Below, in pieces: positions 38,983 through 52,305 of a DNA stretch of 64,000 nt. The stretch is from Octopus vulgaris (taxonomy: Eukaryota): positions 64,480,001 to 64,544,000 of the forward strand of contig OX597824.1 in assembly GCA_951406725.2 (NCBI GenBank). The letters run 5' to 3'. How positions within the stretch are numbered: position 1 is the stretch's first letter; each line of letters starts with the position of its first letter. The notes below the pieces were generated by a model that worked only from the letters and a program-made list of their open reading frames with translations, was not told the DNA's origin and did no database searches. A program made the translations under genes and the position numbers.

Positions 38983-40700
38983 ATTGATTCTATTTCCTTT
39001 TCCTCTTTGCCTTTTGTTGTTTTGACCTCAAGATATATAAAGAATGGAATGTAAGTATTTACAGCGGCTCATTGAAGTCTATTTACATGAGTGGAGAAGA
39101 ACCAGTGATGTTATTTGTTGACAACCGACATTGCAAGAGTTGTGATTTGGCACCTCCCACATTTTAGTCTCCTTCAACAGGAGAACAAACCACTTTAGCA
39201 ATAATCAACCGGTGTAACTGTATATTTGTCTTCTCTTATAATTCATTCACATATAAGATACACTAATGCAGTGTTTCTCAACTATTTTTTCCTCACATTC
39301 CACTTTGATTTTCCAAAACCCATGGGCTCCACTGTGAATGGATAAAGTGTTTGCATTTAAAAATTCAAAAGAAGTTTCAATTAAAGCTTTCCTGCAAGTT
39401 TTATTCACTTTTTACAAATTTACGTTCCATTCTTAAGTCCACACCCTTCCAAACTATTGCTATGGCCCACCTTTAGAAAAAACTGTACCAAAGAAACATT
39501 AAATCAACCTCCAGTAATTTGTAGATACTTTATTTTCTAAATTCCTGAAGGATGAAAGGTGAAGTTATTCTATTATTATTTTATTCACATCTAAGATAGT
39601 TTGTAGAAATATCAAAACGACCAGCTAATACTTTATCTACCCTCAGGATGGATGAAAGTTTTATAATTCCATTCGCTTTTTAGATGCATTATAGTTATAT
39701 TTAATCGATCACCAATACATTTATTTATTTATACAATTTATTTTATTGATCCTGGAAAAATGAAAGGTCATGTTGACCTCGACGGAATTTGAACTGAAAA
39801 TGTAAAAGGCTGTAACGAAATAAAATAAAGTCATAATTATCATCATATCGCTCAGTATTTAAGACGTTGGCTGTTTTAAAATATTGTTGTGTTAGTATTA
39901 CGAAACTAATTACGTATAAATCAAGTAAATGGTGGCTTCGCGTTCGATTCCTCTGCACGGCCTTTTGGGCAGGTGTCTTTTTATCATAATCTCGGGTCAG
40001 TTAAAGCCTTATAAGTAAAATTTGATAGACAGAAACTATGTGGAAGTCCGTTGCAGGGACCATTCCTCTTCTTGGATGATAAACTTAAACAGCCACCCAG
40101 TTTTACACCATCGCCTTTCTCCTTTGGGTGTCTTTAGCAAATCCATTCTATTGCAAGCATTTAGATTAGGTTTCTCTGTCTGGGCATAACTTCCTTCGCT
40201 CCCCTCCACCACCACCAGTTTCAGAAACCCTGAAAAAGGGTGGTCGTTGCCGACTTTTCTCTTCCGTCTTAGCTATTAAAAGCTAAAGTTGGAGGGGGAA
40301 AAAACCCTGAACTAGTATGAAATGATTCGGTGAGGCTGTCGCGACAAAACGACTACAGTTATCGTTCCTTAACACAGGCATCCTAGTTACGATATAAACT
40401 TTGCAAAACTTGCTTTGTTCCCAATAAAAATTACCATAATACTTGATATAATGATGCTTATGTTTGGCGGTGGATTTTACTTGCAGGAAACTCACAGGTT
40501 AGTTGATTACTTCTTGTTTTTGACTTTATTTTAATGGGTTTGTATTTTATCTACACATACAAAAAGACGAACGATTTATAACAAACTAACGCTAATGGTT
40601 TCTATGTAAACTACTAAAATATTCATGGACGTTTTGTCCACGAATCAGTTTCGATTTCCAGGTGTGACTTGTTTGACATCCGTACCAAATGCCTTTAGGA
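38983..40700. promoter_or_regulatory. Putative divergent promoter region between COG2 and the SPATA7-like gene
   Basis: Lies upstream of the COG2 ATG. CpG is visibly more frequent than in the surrounding introns. A plus-strand donor CAG|gttagt near 40498 could close a first exon. TSSs cannot be determined. Confidence 0.45.
39269..39485. mobile_element. Old hAT-type MITE upstream of COG2
   Basis: Termini CAGTGTTTCTCAA...TTAGAAAAAACTG; TSD decayed. Confidence 0.5.
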
Positions 40701-41259
40701 ACAGTTAGGGATCTTCTTTCTGCTTATTTGACCTGCTTTAAACAACAGCCAACTCTCCTTCAAACTAAACTCTATCATCTTTATAACTGACGAAGGCCGC
40801 ATTTGATAAGGTCGTTCGAGATATAGCTAAAAAAGAAATAAAGGAAAGAAATACGACATGGAATCTTGGTTTGTATACCTCCGATTATAAATGTACTCAA
40901 CCAAAATAAAGTACTAGTCAAGTAGTGTGGTCAATTTATTATTCCTAAAAAAACTTCCAGATGAAAATAGTATAGTCTGTTCGGCAACAGCACAAGAATC
41001 GTCTTTCTTTTATCTTGTGCTACGATCATATTGTTTTGCCGAGGGATTTTTAGGGAGTGCGTTAGACTTTCTGTACCAGTCAGTTTTTAAGGTTTAAATT
41101 TTGAAAGCCACGAACTTCTTAACATGGTTAAAATATTGGGGTGGGGATTGATAAAATAAAATAATTTTTTCAAAAAAAAATGTTGAGTTTTTATTTTTTA
41201 TCAGAAACTTATTAAATTTGCAGCACCTTTGCAGACAAACTTCATTCTAGATTCTAGAT

Positions 41260-41407
41260 CAGTGGTTCCCAACCTGGGGTCCGCAAAGGTCGTACTGGGG
41301 ATCCGTGAACTAAATTCAAAATTTCATATATAGACATACATAAGGATAAGCATATTAAAAGGGGTCCGTGAGAAAACTCATTTAAATAAAAGCGTTGGGA
41401 ACCACTG
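41260..41407. mobile_element. hAT (Charlie-like) MITE, 148 bp
   Basis: TIR CAGTGGTTCCCAAC / GTTGGGAACCACTG; perfect 8-bp TSD TTCTAGAT. Confidence 0.92.
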
Positions 41408-41546
41408 TTCTAGATGAATGTGTTTTTGAGAGCTAAGTAAATACCCAGTTCCATTTTTTTATTTATTTACTTATTGAGTTTGGAAGAAGGGGCAATGACC
41501 ATGACTGAAACTGTTGAATTTAATGTCATTAATGTTCCAGTTAAGC

Positions 41547-41809
41547 CAGTGGTTCTCAACCAGAGATCATATGACCCTTGGGGGTTCATATAAGATATTT
41601 TTTCTTAAAATGTAAGTGCAATAAATTTCTTATACCTTTACAATACACCAAATATCTTTCATAATGTTTTTTTTTTGGGGGGGGGGGGCAATTCATAATA
41701 ATACTTAATTCTAAAAATATCATGGGATTTTTTTAAACATTGAAGGGTTCACCTAAGTAAAATAGGAATCAAAGGGGTCCATAAGCAAAAAAATGATTGA
41801 GAACCACTG
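41547..41809. mobile_element. hAT-type MITE
   Basis: TIR CAGTGGTTCTCAA / TTGAGAACCACTG; TSD partly decayed (AGTTAAGC / GTTTAAAC). Confidence 0.8.
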
Positions 41810-42877
41810 GTTTAAACTCTTCAACACCAACAGGAAGGACAAGAGTGGAGAGAAAATTCTAGAGGATCAATGTTCAGGGGAAGGACTGAATGTAAAGGCT
41901 AATTAGACCTGGTTAGAGTGACGAAAGTGAGAAGACAAGTAGATTGGGGTACCTGAGTAAAAGACCAACCACACCCAATGAATAGAGGTGATTATAGTAG
42001 TGATAGAAAAAAACAGAGATACGAAACAGCTCTCCTGTGGGCTAGAGATTACAGTGTGTCCATTACTGATTGAATTCCATTTAATTGAGTTGCCTTTCAC
42101 TAGATTTAGTCCAACATGCTTATGTGTAACAGTAGCATTGTTCCAGATGTGATATTCACTTAAACAATGTAGAGTGCCAGCAATTGTTGGGAGCTAAAAA
42201 TATTTTCTAGCCCTAAAGAGAAAATCTGGTCTTTGGGATGTAGTCCTAACTCTGTTAAGGTATATTTTTGCATTCAGAGATCTTTGATGATAGTGAGTGA
42301 GGCCCACTAACCCTAACCATCAGTTGAAGAGACAGTGAGGGTCGAGTTGAGTGCCATTCATATTTAGTGGAGGTAGCCATAACTACAATTTGGTGTCTCC
42401 CTCTCCCACCTATTTTGTTTCCTCATAATAATAATCCATTCTACTAAAGGCACAAAGCCTGAAATTTGTGGAGAAGGGGCTGGTCGATTATATCAACCCC
42501 AGTACTCCACTGGTGCTTATTTTATTGATCCCAAAAGGATGAAAGGCAAAGTCTTCCTTGGCAGAATTTGAACTCAGAACATAAAGACAAATGAAATGCC
42601 ATGAAGCATTTTCCCCTGTGTGCTAACATTTCTGCCAGCTTGTTGCCTTATTATTTTTCTTCTGCTGGGTAAAATGCTTAGTGGCATTTCATCTGTCTTT
42701 ACATTCTGAGTTCAAATTCCTCTGAGGTTGATTTTGCCTTTTATCCTTTTGGGGACAATAAAATAAGTACCAGTTGAGCAGGGGTTGATTTAATTGACTT
42801 AACCCCTTCCCTGAAATTGCTGACCTTGTGACAAAATTTGAAACCATTAATAATGGTTTTTGTAATGAAATTTTACT

Positions 42878-43080
42878 GTGGAGAAGAAATATGATGAGGT
42901 TATGAGCAGGGTGGCAAGTCTCACCCAGGAATGGGCTGAGAGAAAGCTATCTATGAAAGGCAGGGCAGAGATGGTTAACATCTACACTGCCTCCATCAAC
43001 TACTACTCCTGATCGTTGAGCCTTGCCCCCATTCATATCTGAACTACACTGCCACATCTAGTTGCTCGTTCTTTTTCTTT
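42878..43080 (+). mobile_element. L1/Tx1-clade LINE ORF2 fragment
   Basis: RVASLTQEWAERKLSMKGRAEMVNIY fits the W-x2-R-x-LS-x2-GR motif found after the RT domain. Confidence 0.6.
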
Positions 43081-43439
43081 TTGTGTGTGTATGTAAAAGA
43101 AAACTTTCCACAGACCAAGCACTCCATTTGCTGTCAACACTCACTGAGTGGACTACACCAGATTTGATACATTGTCAATGGTGAAATGTATTCCTTTGCC
43201 ACCACGCCCTCTCTCTTTCTCTCTCTCTCTCCCTCTTTATATATATATATATACGAGCAAAACGCCCCTCCCACCCATCCAATGGACAGTGCTGAGTTGT
43301 CAAACATTTAAACCAAATTTTCTCAAAACAACTTGTCCAACCGTCCCATAGGCCTCCCCTTTGAGAAACACTGATTTAACCTAAATTTGAGACACCAGCA
43401 AAAGAAGAAATAAAGATAGACTTTTTTCTATTCCAAAGG

Positions 43440-43697
43440 AAAACAATTTTATTCACACAAATATGCAACTGAAGAGTTTAAAGTACCAGTAATGATAAGG
43501 CTGTTGACTGGGAGAACACAACGGCTTTATCAATTGCATTCTCACCTGGAATCGATTTTTGTAATTTTTTCCAGACTTATACATGCCCTGATACTGTCAG
43601 TATCTACACATCAAATTTGAGTGCAATCGGATGGAGGATGCCTGAGATCCTAGAAGACATACACACAGACAGACAGAACACATTTTATATAATAGAT
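43440..43697 (-). mobile_element. Non-autonomous Helitron-like repeat end
   Basis: Minus strand starts TCTATTATATAAAA, followed by (TCTG)n and CCGATTGCACTCAAATTTG; a similar start occurs at ~7829 (+). Confidence 0.4.
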
Positions 43698-44515
43698 ATA
43701 TATATATATATATATATATATACTTCTCTAACTTACAACCTTTTTCACTTTTGCTATGTCTCTTATTCCCTCTTTAATCTCTTTCTGTCTGTCTTTTATT
43801 TGCATATCTCTCTCTGATTATCACATTGCTTAATACACACAAATATGCACACACATACATGTATACATACAAATACACAAACTTATGTTGTCTTCATATA
43901 GTTAGTTGTCAAACATGTAAGTTACACACATGTTTTTTCTTTTTCTGACTTTCTGTTTCTATCTCTTATTCCCCCTTCTTTCTCCTCTTCTCCAGACTTT
44001 TCTCTACATATCCGATGGTGAGCTTTGCCTGAAATGTCATGCCTTTACTCTCAACTTGATAACTCTTTTTTCTTTGAGCACCAAACTAATAATATTCACT
44101 GTGAATGTCCCATGGACTGTTGTTGTTTTTATATTTGAATTTGTTGTTTGTTATTGATTTGTGTATGAACACGTGTGTGTTTGTGTGTGTATGTATTAAC
44201 ACATTCATTAATCTAGAACTTTGAATAAAGGTATGTACTTCATGCATTCATTACTTTTTTGTGACATTTGTTAACCCAAGTATGTGTGAGTGTTATGTGT
44301 GTATATGTACACGTACACACACATATACATAAGCACATATGTGCATACACACACATGCACAAACATATATATGATTTTCTCCCCTCCATACACAGGCAAG
44401 CATGTATCTGACTCATACACTGTTCACTTCCCAGACATTTGTACATTACTGCATATGCTTTATATGCACTTTTGACAAGTTGTAGTGCACCTGAGCACTG
44501 TATACAATAATTCAT

Positions 44516-44549
<34 letters not shown>

Positions 44550-44678
44550 TCAATGCAAATTCTTTCTATTTGAACAGAAGAAATATGATTTAATACACCA
44601 ACAATGACAGGAACAAAAAGAAGTACCCTTTTACAAAGTAGCTGTGAGTATATATATACATTTATGTTTGCATCTCCA

Positions 44679-44753
<75 letters not shown>

Positions 44754-47236
44754 ATGTATATATATACATATTGATCTATCATTGATTTTCCTTCATCAAT
44801 TTGATATGTTTTGTGCTTGTTATCTCTAAGTATTAGAAAATCAATTTGCAGTTGAACTGACAGTTTCAGTCCAGTTTACTCAGTATTCATTAATAATTTA
44901 TATAACGGAAATAGAGAGCCAAAGTATATGTGTTGCAGTATTTCATTTCATCTTTCTCAGTTTCATGTTGTAATCTTTATTGACTGAACTTTTACCTTTG
45001 GGACCAGTGAGGGAGTGGACATTCACTAAAATGAATAATACCGGTATAATAGTGAAATGAGACAGGAGAATATTAAGAAATTAGGAAACTAGTGCTGGCC
45101 AGTGTCAGAAATATTAATTATAAGAAGTTTGTGAATGGAAATAGATTATTTTGTTTAGTCATGGAAACTAAACATAAGGTACATGTGCCCTGGTTCTATT
45201 TCACTTCATTTATTATTATTAGTCAACTAAGATGGTAGCAAGCTGACAGAATTGTTAGCACACCAGACAGAATACTTAACTGCATTTCTTCTAGTTTTAC
45301 ATTCTAGGTTCAAATGCTGCTGAGGTCAACTTTTCATCCTTTCAGGGTTGATAGAATAAGTACCAGTTGAGTCCTGGGGTTGATGTAATCAACTAGCTTC
45401 CTACCCAAAAATTTCAGGTTTGTGCCTATAGTAGAAAGGATTACTTTCAGCCAATTAGTTTACAATTTAACCAGTTAATTAATCAATTATTTGAGTAATC
45501 ATTCAGTCAGTCAATTGTGACTATGATGAACCTAGTTGATTGATTGACTGACTGAATGGTTAATCAAACAATCAATTAGTTAATTGGTTAAATTTTCTAC
45601 CAGTTAACTAATAATAATAATAAAAGAAGCAAAATAAAATGAGTGTATGTGTTTGCTATTGGCATAATCCCTCCACCCCATACAACTAAGTCTATTTCAA
45701 CACATGATTTCATATCAAGAATCTTGCAAACCAAATACGAAAGCAAAAGGAATTATTTATGCCCAAAGAAAGAAGAGGAATCTCAAATTTCAAACAGATT
45801 TCTTCATCAGAGGGAGATGAAATCTGAGGTTGGTTCAATTAACAACAACTCCTCTTCTAACAGAACTGAAAAGAAGTATTATGTCTATTACGAAATTGGT
45901 TTAACACCCACTGCAGAGTCTGCCTTTTCATGGGGGTTTGCTATTCTGAAATGGGTTCACTATAGAGTCTAAGACCCTTCCCAAGTTGTATAGACTTAGA
46001 TCCTGGATAAGATGCTGGTCTGTCACAGAATTATTCATTTTTGCCAGCTGAGTATACCGCAGCAATGTGAAATGAGGTGTTTTGCTCAAGAACACAACAC
46101 ATCACCTGGTCAAGGAATCATAACCACAATCTTACAATCATGGGTCCAACACCCTAACCACTCAGCCACCTGCCTCCACACTACAAAGTTTACCATTCCA
46201 ATATTAGCTTTAATCACCCTCTACAGAGTCTACCATTCCAATATTGGTGTAGTAACCTTCCACAAATACCTCAATTCTAGTTAATTTCCATGTTTATTAG
46301 AAGTTTGATCTTTGTTTTCAGGCAAAGGATGTCAATGGACATACTTTAGACTTCGTCACCATAACAAAGTTGAACCCCATAGATACCAACTCACCTGAGA
46401 AATCTCTTAGTCCTGATACAAACTTCCAGTTTTAGAGTGATCTAGATTAAAACCCATCCGTCAAACATTTCTTGTAAATTTGTTTCAAAAACACCAGCTT
46501 AATAATGGTAGAGTTATTCTACTAAATTCTTCATTAGTTTTAAAATGAATTGAAATGAAGGTAGTGTATTTCAGTAGAAATATGGTAAGAAAAAGGTTAA
46601 TCAAGTCGACAATGCTTTTTGGCTGGTGTAATTTGCATAATTAGAAATGAAAATGAGCTAAAGGGAAATAATTCTAGTGGCTTCAGTTGCATAAATTTGG
46701 ATATGTGTGTCAAAGAATGCTATACAGAATATTATACTCCATAATTTAAAAATTAATTGAGGAATAATTATTGCCAATGTAGACCATCATTAATTTGCTT
46801 ACCTTCTATAAACATCAAATTAGCAGTCATTTGAGCATTGAACAATTTATGTTGTACCTTTTTTCTGGCTCTCTGTGGTTTGAGTCCAAATTCCACTAAG
46901 GTCAGTTTTGCTTTGCATCCTCTCAAGATCAATAAAATAATGAATAAATGCAGTGCAATAGATTGGCTGAATGGTTAAAGTGTCAGTTGAGATGTCTTGA
47001 AGTATTTGCCCATCTCCTTGTGTTCTGTGATCTTGGATGGTAGATTTAATCCATTGCCTGGTTTAACATCACCACCTGGTCCTTGCATAGCGGGGTGCCT
47101 TTAGTGGAGTTTATTCTGTTGCTAGCATTTGGATCATACTTCTCCAGTTTGAGGATAACTTCCTTCTTTCAGCTTTCCTTTTGGGAGTCCAACATTGATT
47201 AGAACCAAAAATTGGTTGTCCTAACCAATGTTAGGA

Positions 47237-47477
47237 GGTCTTGTCTCAAAAGTTATGTCTCATTGGCCCTATCTCATGGCTTTAGAGGCTTTATCTCAGT
47301 AGCCCTATCTCAATGACCCTGTCTCAGAAACTCTGTCTCACCAGCCATCTCAAAAGCCATATCTCAGTGGTCCTGTCTTAGAAGCCCTGTCTCAGAGGCC
47401 CTATCTCAGAGGTCTTTTTCAGCAGCCTTGTCTCCAAGGCTCATCTCAGTAGCCCTTTCTTAGAAGCCTTGTCTCAG
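47237..47477. repeat. Degenerate ~14-bp minisatellite (GCCCTRTCTCAGWG), roughly 17 units
   Basis: Example: gccctgtctcagag gccctatctcagag. Confidence 0.85.
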
Positions 47478-48129
47478 TCTCCCTGCTCTTCCCTTCCAAA
47501 CTAAGCAGTAAAATAAGAAATTCCAGATTTATACCCCAATATACCTTAAACACCTTTTTATTCTTGGTGAAAACTATCTGCATTTATTAATTCTACTAAA
47601 TGTGAAATAACAGAGTCCAGTAAAACTTTAGGATTTGTGTCAGAGAGAAAGGAAAAACATTTTCTCTTTGCCACTTGAAAAGTCAATCCCAAAATATTAG
47701 ATTCCTCTCCTTCCTACAAGTCATTGCCAGTGCCGCTGGACTGATTCCTGTGCAGGTGGCACATAAAAAGCACCATTTGAGCGTGGCTGTTGCCAGTACC
47801 ACCTGGCTGGCTCTCGTGCCAGTGGCACGTAAAAGCACCCACTACATTCTCGGAGTGGTTGGCATCAGGATGGGCATCCAGCTGTAGAAACTCTGCCAGA
47901 TCAGATTGAAGTCTGGTGCAGCCATCTGGTTCGCCAGACCTCAGTCAAATCGTCCAACCCATGCTAGCATGGAGAGCGGACGTTAAACGGTGGTGGTGGC
48001 AGCAGTGGTGGTGGTGGTGGTTGTTGTTGTTCAAAATTCATGTATTTCACTAATATGGGTGTATTCTTCATACCATTACAACTTTTATTGTTGCTTGTGG
48101 CTGATATTAGTTCTTCTTTTCTACTGTAG

Positions 48130-48219
48130 TGCTATCACCAACATCAAGCAAGCTAACTTCCCAGTATATTGTGAAAAACAACCTTGCACACCATTATAGG
48201 ATACTTCAGAATGTTTCAT
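48130..48219 (+). CDS. SPATA7: SPATA7-like exon ([29 protein letters not shown])
   Basis: tag acceptor; gtaagt donor; 90 nt; phase 1/1; resembles vertebrate LQLVKNHMAVHYNKI. Confidence 0.85.
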
Positions 48220-51200
48220 GTAAGTATTTGTCTTTGTCTTTTATCTTTTACTTGTTTCAGTCATTAGACTGTGGCCATGCTGGAGCATTGCCTTGAAGGA
48301 TTTTTAGTCAAATGAATCAACCCCAGTACTTATTTTTGTTAATCCTGGTACTTATTCTATTGGTCTCTTTTTGCCAAACTGCTATGTTACAGGGACATAA
48401 ATACACCAACACCGATTGTCAAGTGGTACTGGGGCATAAACACAGATACAAAGGCGCACACATAGATATATACATATATATATATATGATAGACTTCTTC
48501 CAGTTTCTCTTTACCAAATCTACTCACAAGGCTTTTGTTGGCCCAAGGCTATAGTAGAAGACACTTGCCCAAGGTGCCACACAATAAAATTGAACCTAGA
48601 ACAATGTGGTTAGGAAGCCAGCTTCTTACCACACAGCTGTGCCTGTGCCTATATGTCTCTCTTTGTTCTTTTTTCCTTTGTAGATCTGGTTTTAGTTGTT
48701 TTGGTTGTTATTGATCTTTTTTATCCTCAGATCAACTCTAATCAAGCAAATTTATGGTCAAAGGACTTCCAGTCTTTTTAGAGCTGTTTAGGAATACTCT
48801 CCTTTCTTTTTAGAGGAATCTACAAATATATTATGTAATGTGCTTCTTCCCTTCCCAAGTTAGATATGGTTTGAGGGAAATTTGGCTGCTGTTTCAGGCA
48901 AATAAAATGAAAATGTGAAAGCTCTTTCTCAAATGATATTTCAAACAGGAAAATGTATTTATTTTTAAAAATTTTCTGTGTCTTTTGAAACCACAAACGG
49001 ACAATGGACCTTTCAAAAATGGTCATTGCTTTGACACATGTCTACAATGATGAAATAAAATCACATCCTTAGTTTTCTTTCTTGTCAGGACACACTTCAT
49101 TTTTTGTTTCTTTTCTTGTTTTTCTTGTTGTTGTTGTTGTTTTGTTTTTCCTTATACTTATCTTCCTTGTTTTGTTTTGGTTTTCTTATAGCCTGCATTG
49201 ATAATTCCACCCCACAGTCACTACTTAAAAGCCAGAAAAGTAAGTTTTAACTTTATTCTATTTCAACATGTAATTCTGAACTTGATATCAATCTTCTTTC
49301 AGCTTCCGTCTGCCAAATTCACACACTAGGCATTGGTCAGCCCAGGTCTAGAACAGCATTCACATGCCCAAGATGCTGTGCACTGGGACTGAACCCAAAA
49401 CCACATGGTTGTGAAATGAACTTGTCACTTGCACAGCTATGTGTATAACAAAATTGTGATTAACAAGGTTTTCAAGAAGCTCAAGCTTGGATTTTTCTAA
49501 ACTAGACATGGACAACCTGGTCAGTATGACATATTGCTCATCATGAGGCAGCCACAATACTAAAAAATTCTAGATAATTTTTCATTAACTGTGCCATTCA
49601 GAAAGTTCTGTGGGCCATAGTTTGTTGCCTGTGACTATTCAAACTCTTAGATTACGTTTCTAAAATCCATGACACACTTGGACACTCTTTACTGGTAGAC
49701 CTATTCTGTTGTCCTGTTTGACACTGCCACCTAAACCTTAGATACCTTTAGCGGCAGTCTTTCTGTTGCAAGTAGTTGGCTCAGTTCTTCTATATCAAGA
49801 TAATTTATTCCTCTCTCAGAATTATTTGCAATGCCCTCCCTCTTGTAACTGGCATTCTCCTACCTCAACTGCTCTACCAAGTTAGTTTTTTAATCTAGCA
49901 CTGACTAGGGTATTTATATTATTTGTTGTTATTACTGTTTTTTAAACCTCAAGTTTAAACCTCCAGCAGTGTTATGATCAAATATATTCCAGCCATGACC
50001 AGTCTGTGTATCTATGGTCTACATTATCCAATGTATATTTTTGTTGTTGTTTTCTTTTTATGCCAGCAGGGTGTGGTTTGGGGAAGATTTCGTTGCAGTT
50101 TCTAGTAGGTTGATCAACCACATAAAGGCTCCTTTATTGATGTTGACGTTATTGTTGATGGTAATGTTGCTGTTGTTGATGTCTTTAATGATTTTTTTGT
50201 TGTTATTGTTGTTGATGATATTGTCCTTGATATTGATATAGTTGCTGCTGCTGTTGATGATGATGATGACATCATTGTTCCTTTTCACAATTCTGTTTCA
50301 GTTCGGGACAAAAATAAGCATAAAAAGCGACCTGCTTCACGTTCTTCAGCAAGCAGCCTAACAAGATCCAGACCAGCCTCACAGACACAACAAGAGATGT
50401 ACTATAGAAATACTTACAATTTACAAGAGGACTGGAAGGTTTGGTATACTTGCTGCATGCATTGTCTTCAAGTTGTTCCCATTTCATTTTTTAACACTAC
50501 ATGCATATACACTCACACACATTAACTGTATCTGTAAATGTCGACTAAGTCTCTTCTGATCTGAGGAACTAGATTTCCTTCCCATCTTATATAGATATAT
50601 ATGAAAAATCATGAATATTTATTACATAAATGTATAATATACGCATGGCTGTGTGGTAAGTAGCTTGCTGCCCAACCACATGGTTCCAGGGGTCAGTTCC
50701 ACTTCATAGCACATTAGGCAAGTGTCTTTTACTATAGCCTCAAACCAACCAAAGCCTTGTGAGTGGATTTGGTAGACAGAAACTGAGAGAAGCCCATCGT
50801 GTATATATATATATGTGTATGTGTGTGTGTGTTTGTGTTTTTCTTCCCATCACTGTTTGACAATCAGTGTTGGTGTGTTTACATCCCTGTAACTTAGCAG
50901 TTCAACAAAAAGACCAATACGGTAAGTACTAGGCTTAAATAAATTCTGGGGTTGATTTGTTTAATTAAAACTCTTCACAGTAGTGCTCCAGCATGGCCGC
51001 AGTCAAATGACTGAAACAAGTAAAAAGAAAATTATAATCCATTATTGAAACATGTGTATGATGGCTATTTGGAACAATCCTTTTAAATAGTATACATATA
51101 CAGGGTGCAGTGAATAAATTGTCATCTAAATTATGCAAAAATGAAAATAACACTGACGTCTCATTTTAACAGATATATTTACCAAAATTACATAAAAATA

Positions 51201-52251
51201 TCTTGAAATACTAGACAGTAAATTTATTCAGGAAAAACATCTTTGGCTTCAACTATGGCCTCAAGACGCCTTCGGAATCTCCTGCAACTCTTCTGGACGG
51301 TCTCCTTGTTTAAATTGGTGAATGTTACCATAATCCTTGCCTTCAGTTCATCTTTGGTGTTACAAGGAGTTTTGTCGGTCTCTTGCTCAACTGTGCCCCA
51401 CACATAATAATCAAGGGGGTTGCAGTCTGGGGAATTAGTTGGCCAGGTATTAGTGGTAATGTGGTCGCAGAAATTGTCTGACAGCCATGACTGGGTTCTC
51501 CTGTTTATGTGGCATGGTGCAGAGTCCTGTTGCCAAGTCAATGGGTGTTCTGTGTTCACCATCTGATCCTGACAGAAATTTTTCTCGTCTGGGAAAAACC
51601 AAGGTATGTTCAGTTGAAGGGGATACTTGAGTTTGTTCAAAAGCTTGGTAGGGTGGTCTTTCCTCTTGTCCTTGATGGCTTGCGATAAAAATTGGCCCCT
51701 TCTCATCTTGTATGAGGAATACCGAATGTCTTCATGCACTACCTGCCTGATTAGAAACTCAGATACTCCCATGTTCCTGGCAATGAACTTGATTGACTTG
51801 GAGGGATCATTGTCAATTATGGCCTGGATCTCACCAACAAATTCAGGAATTCTTTTCTTATCAGAACAATCATAGTGAGTTTTCCTAGCTGCCATACCTT
51901 CATAATCACCATTAGACTCATCCAACTGTTTCCAAATCTTCTGCACTGTCCTCAGATTTACACCCAAATACTCTGAAATGTTCGTATTCAAGCATTACAT
52001 GCCGTTTCCCAATTTCTGGCAGAGTAAATTGTGTCATGATGCTGTTCTTTTCCACAAACAGTGCCCAACTGACCCTACTATACTGTGTAATCGGCAAAAT
52101 CCAAAACAAACAATGCTCATGCACAAAATAAGAAATATAAAATGGCAACAGTTTACCCATCGCACCCTATATATGTGTGTGCATGTATGTATATATATTA
52201 TATACGTATACATATATACATATATATACACATACATACATACATATATAC

Positions 52252-52305
<54 letters not shown>

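Noticed and set aside
40377-40390. Possible RFX X-box (GCATCCTAGTTAC) for a ciliary gene
   Set aside because: Only one half-site fits the consensus.
46322-46435. Possible SPATA7 upstream exon after ttttcag
   Set aside because: No convincing donor or homology; it runs into a MITE.
50643-50720. tRNA-like sequences at SINE heads
   Set aside because: They continue into SINE bodies and lack a full cloverleaf; not tRNA genes.
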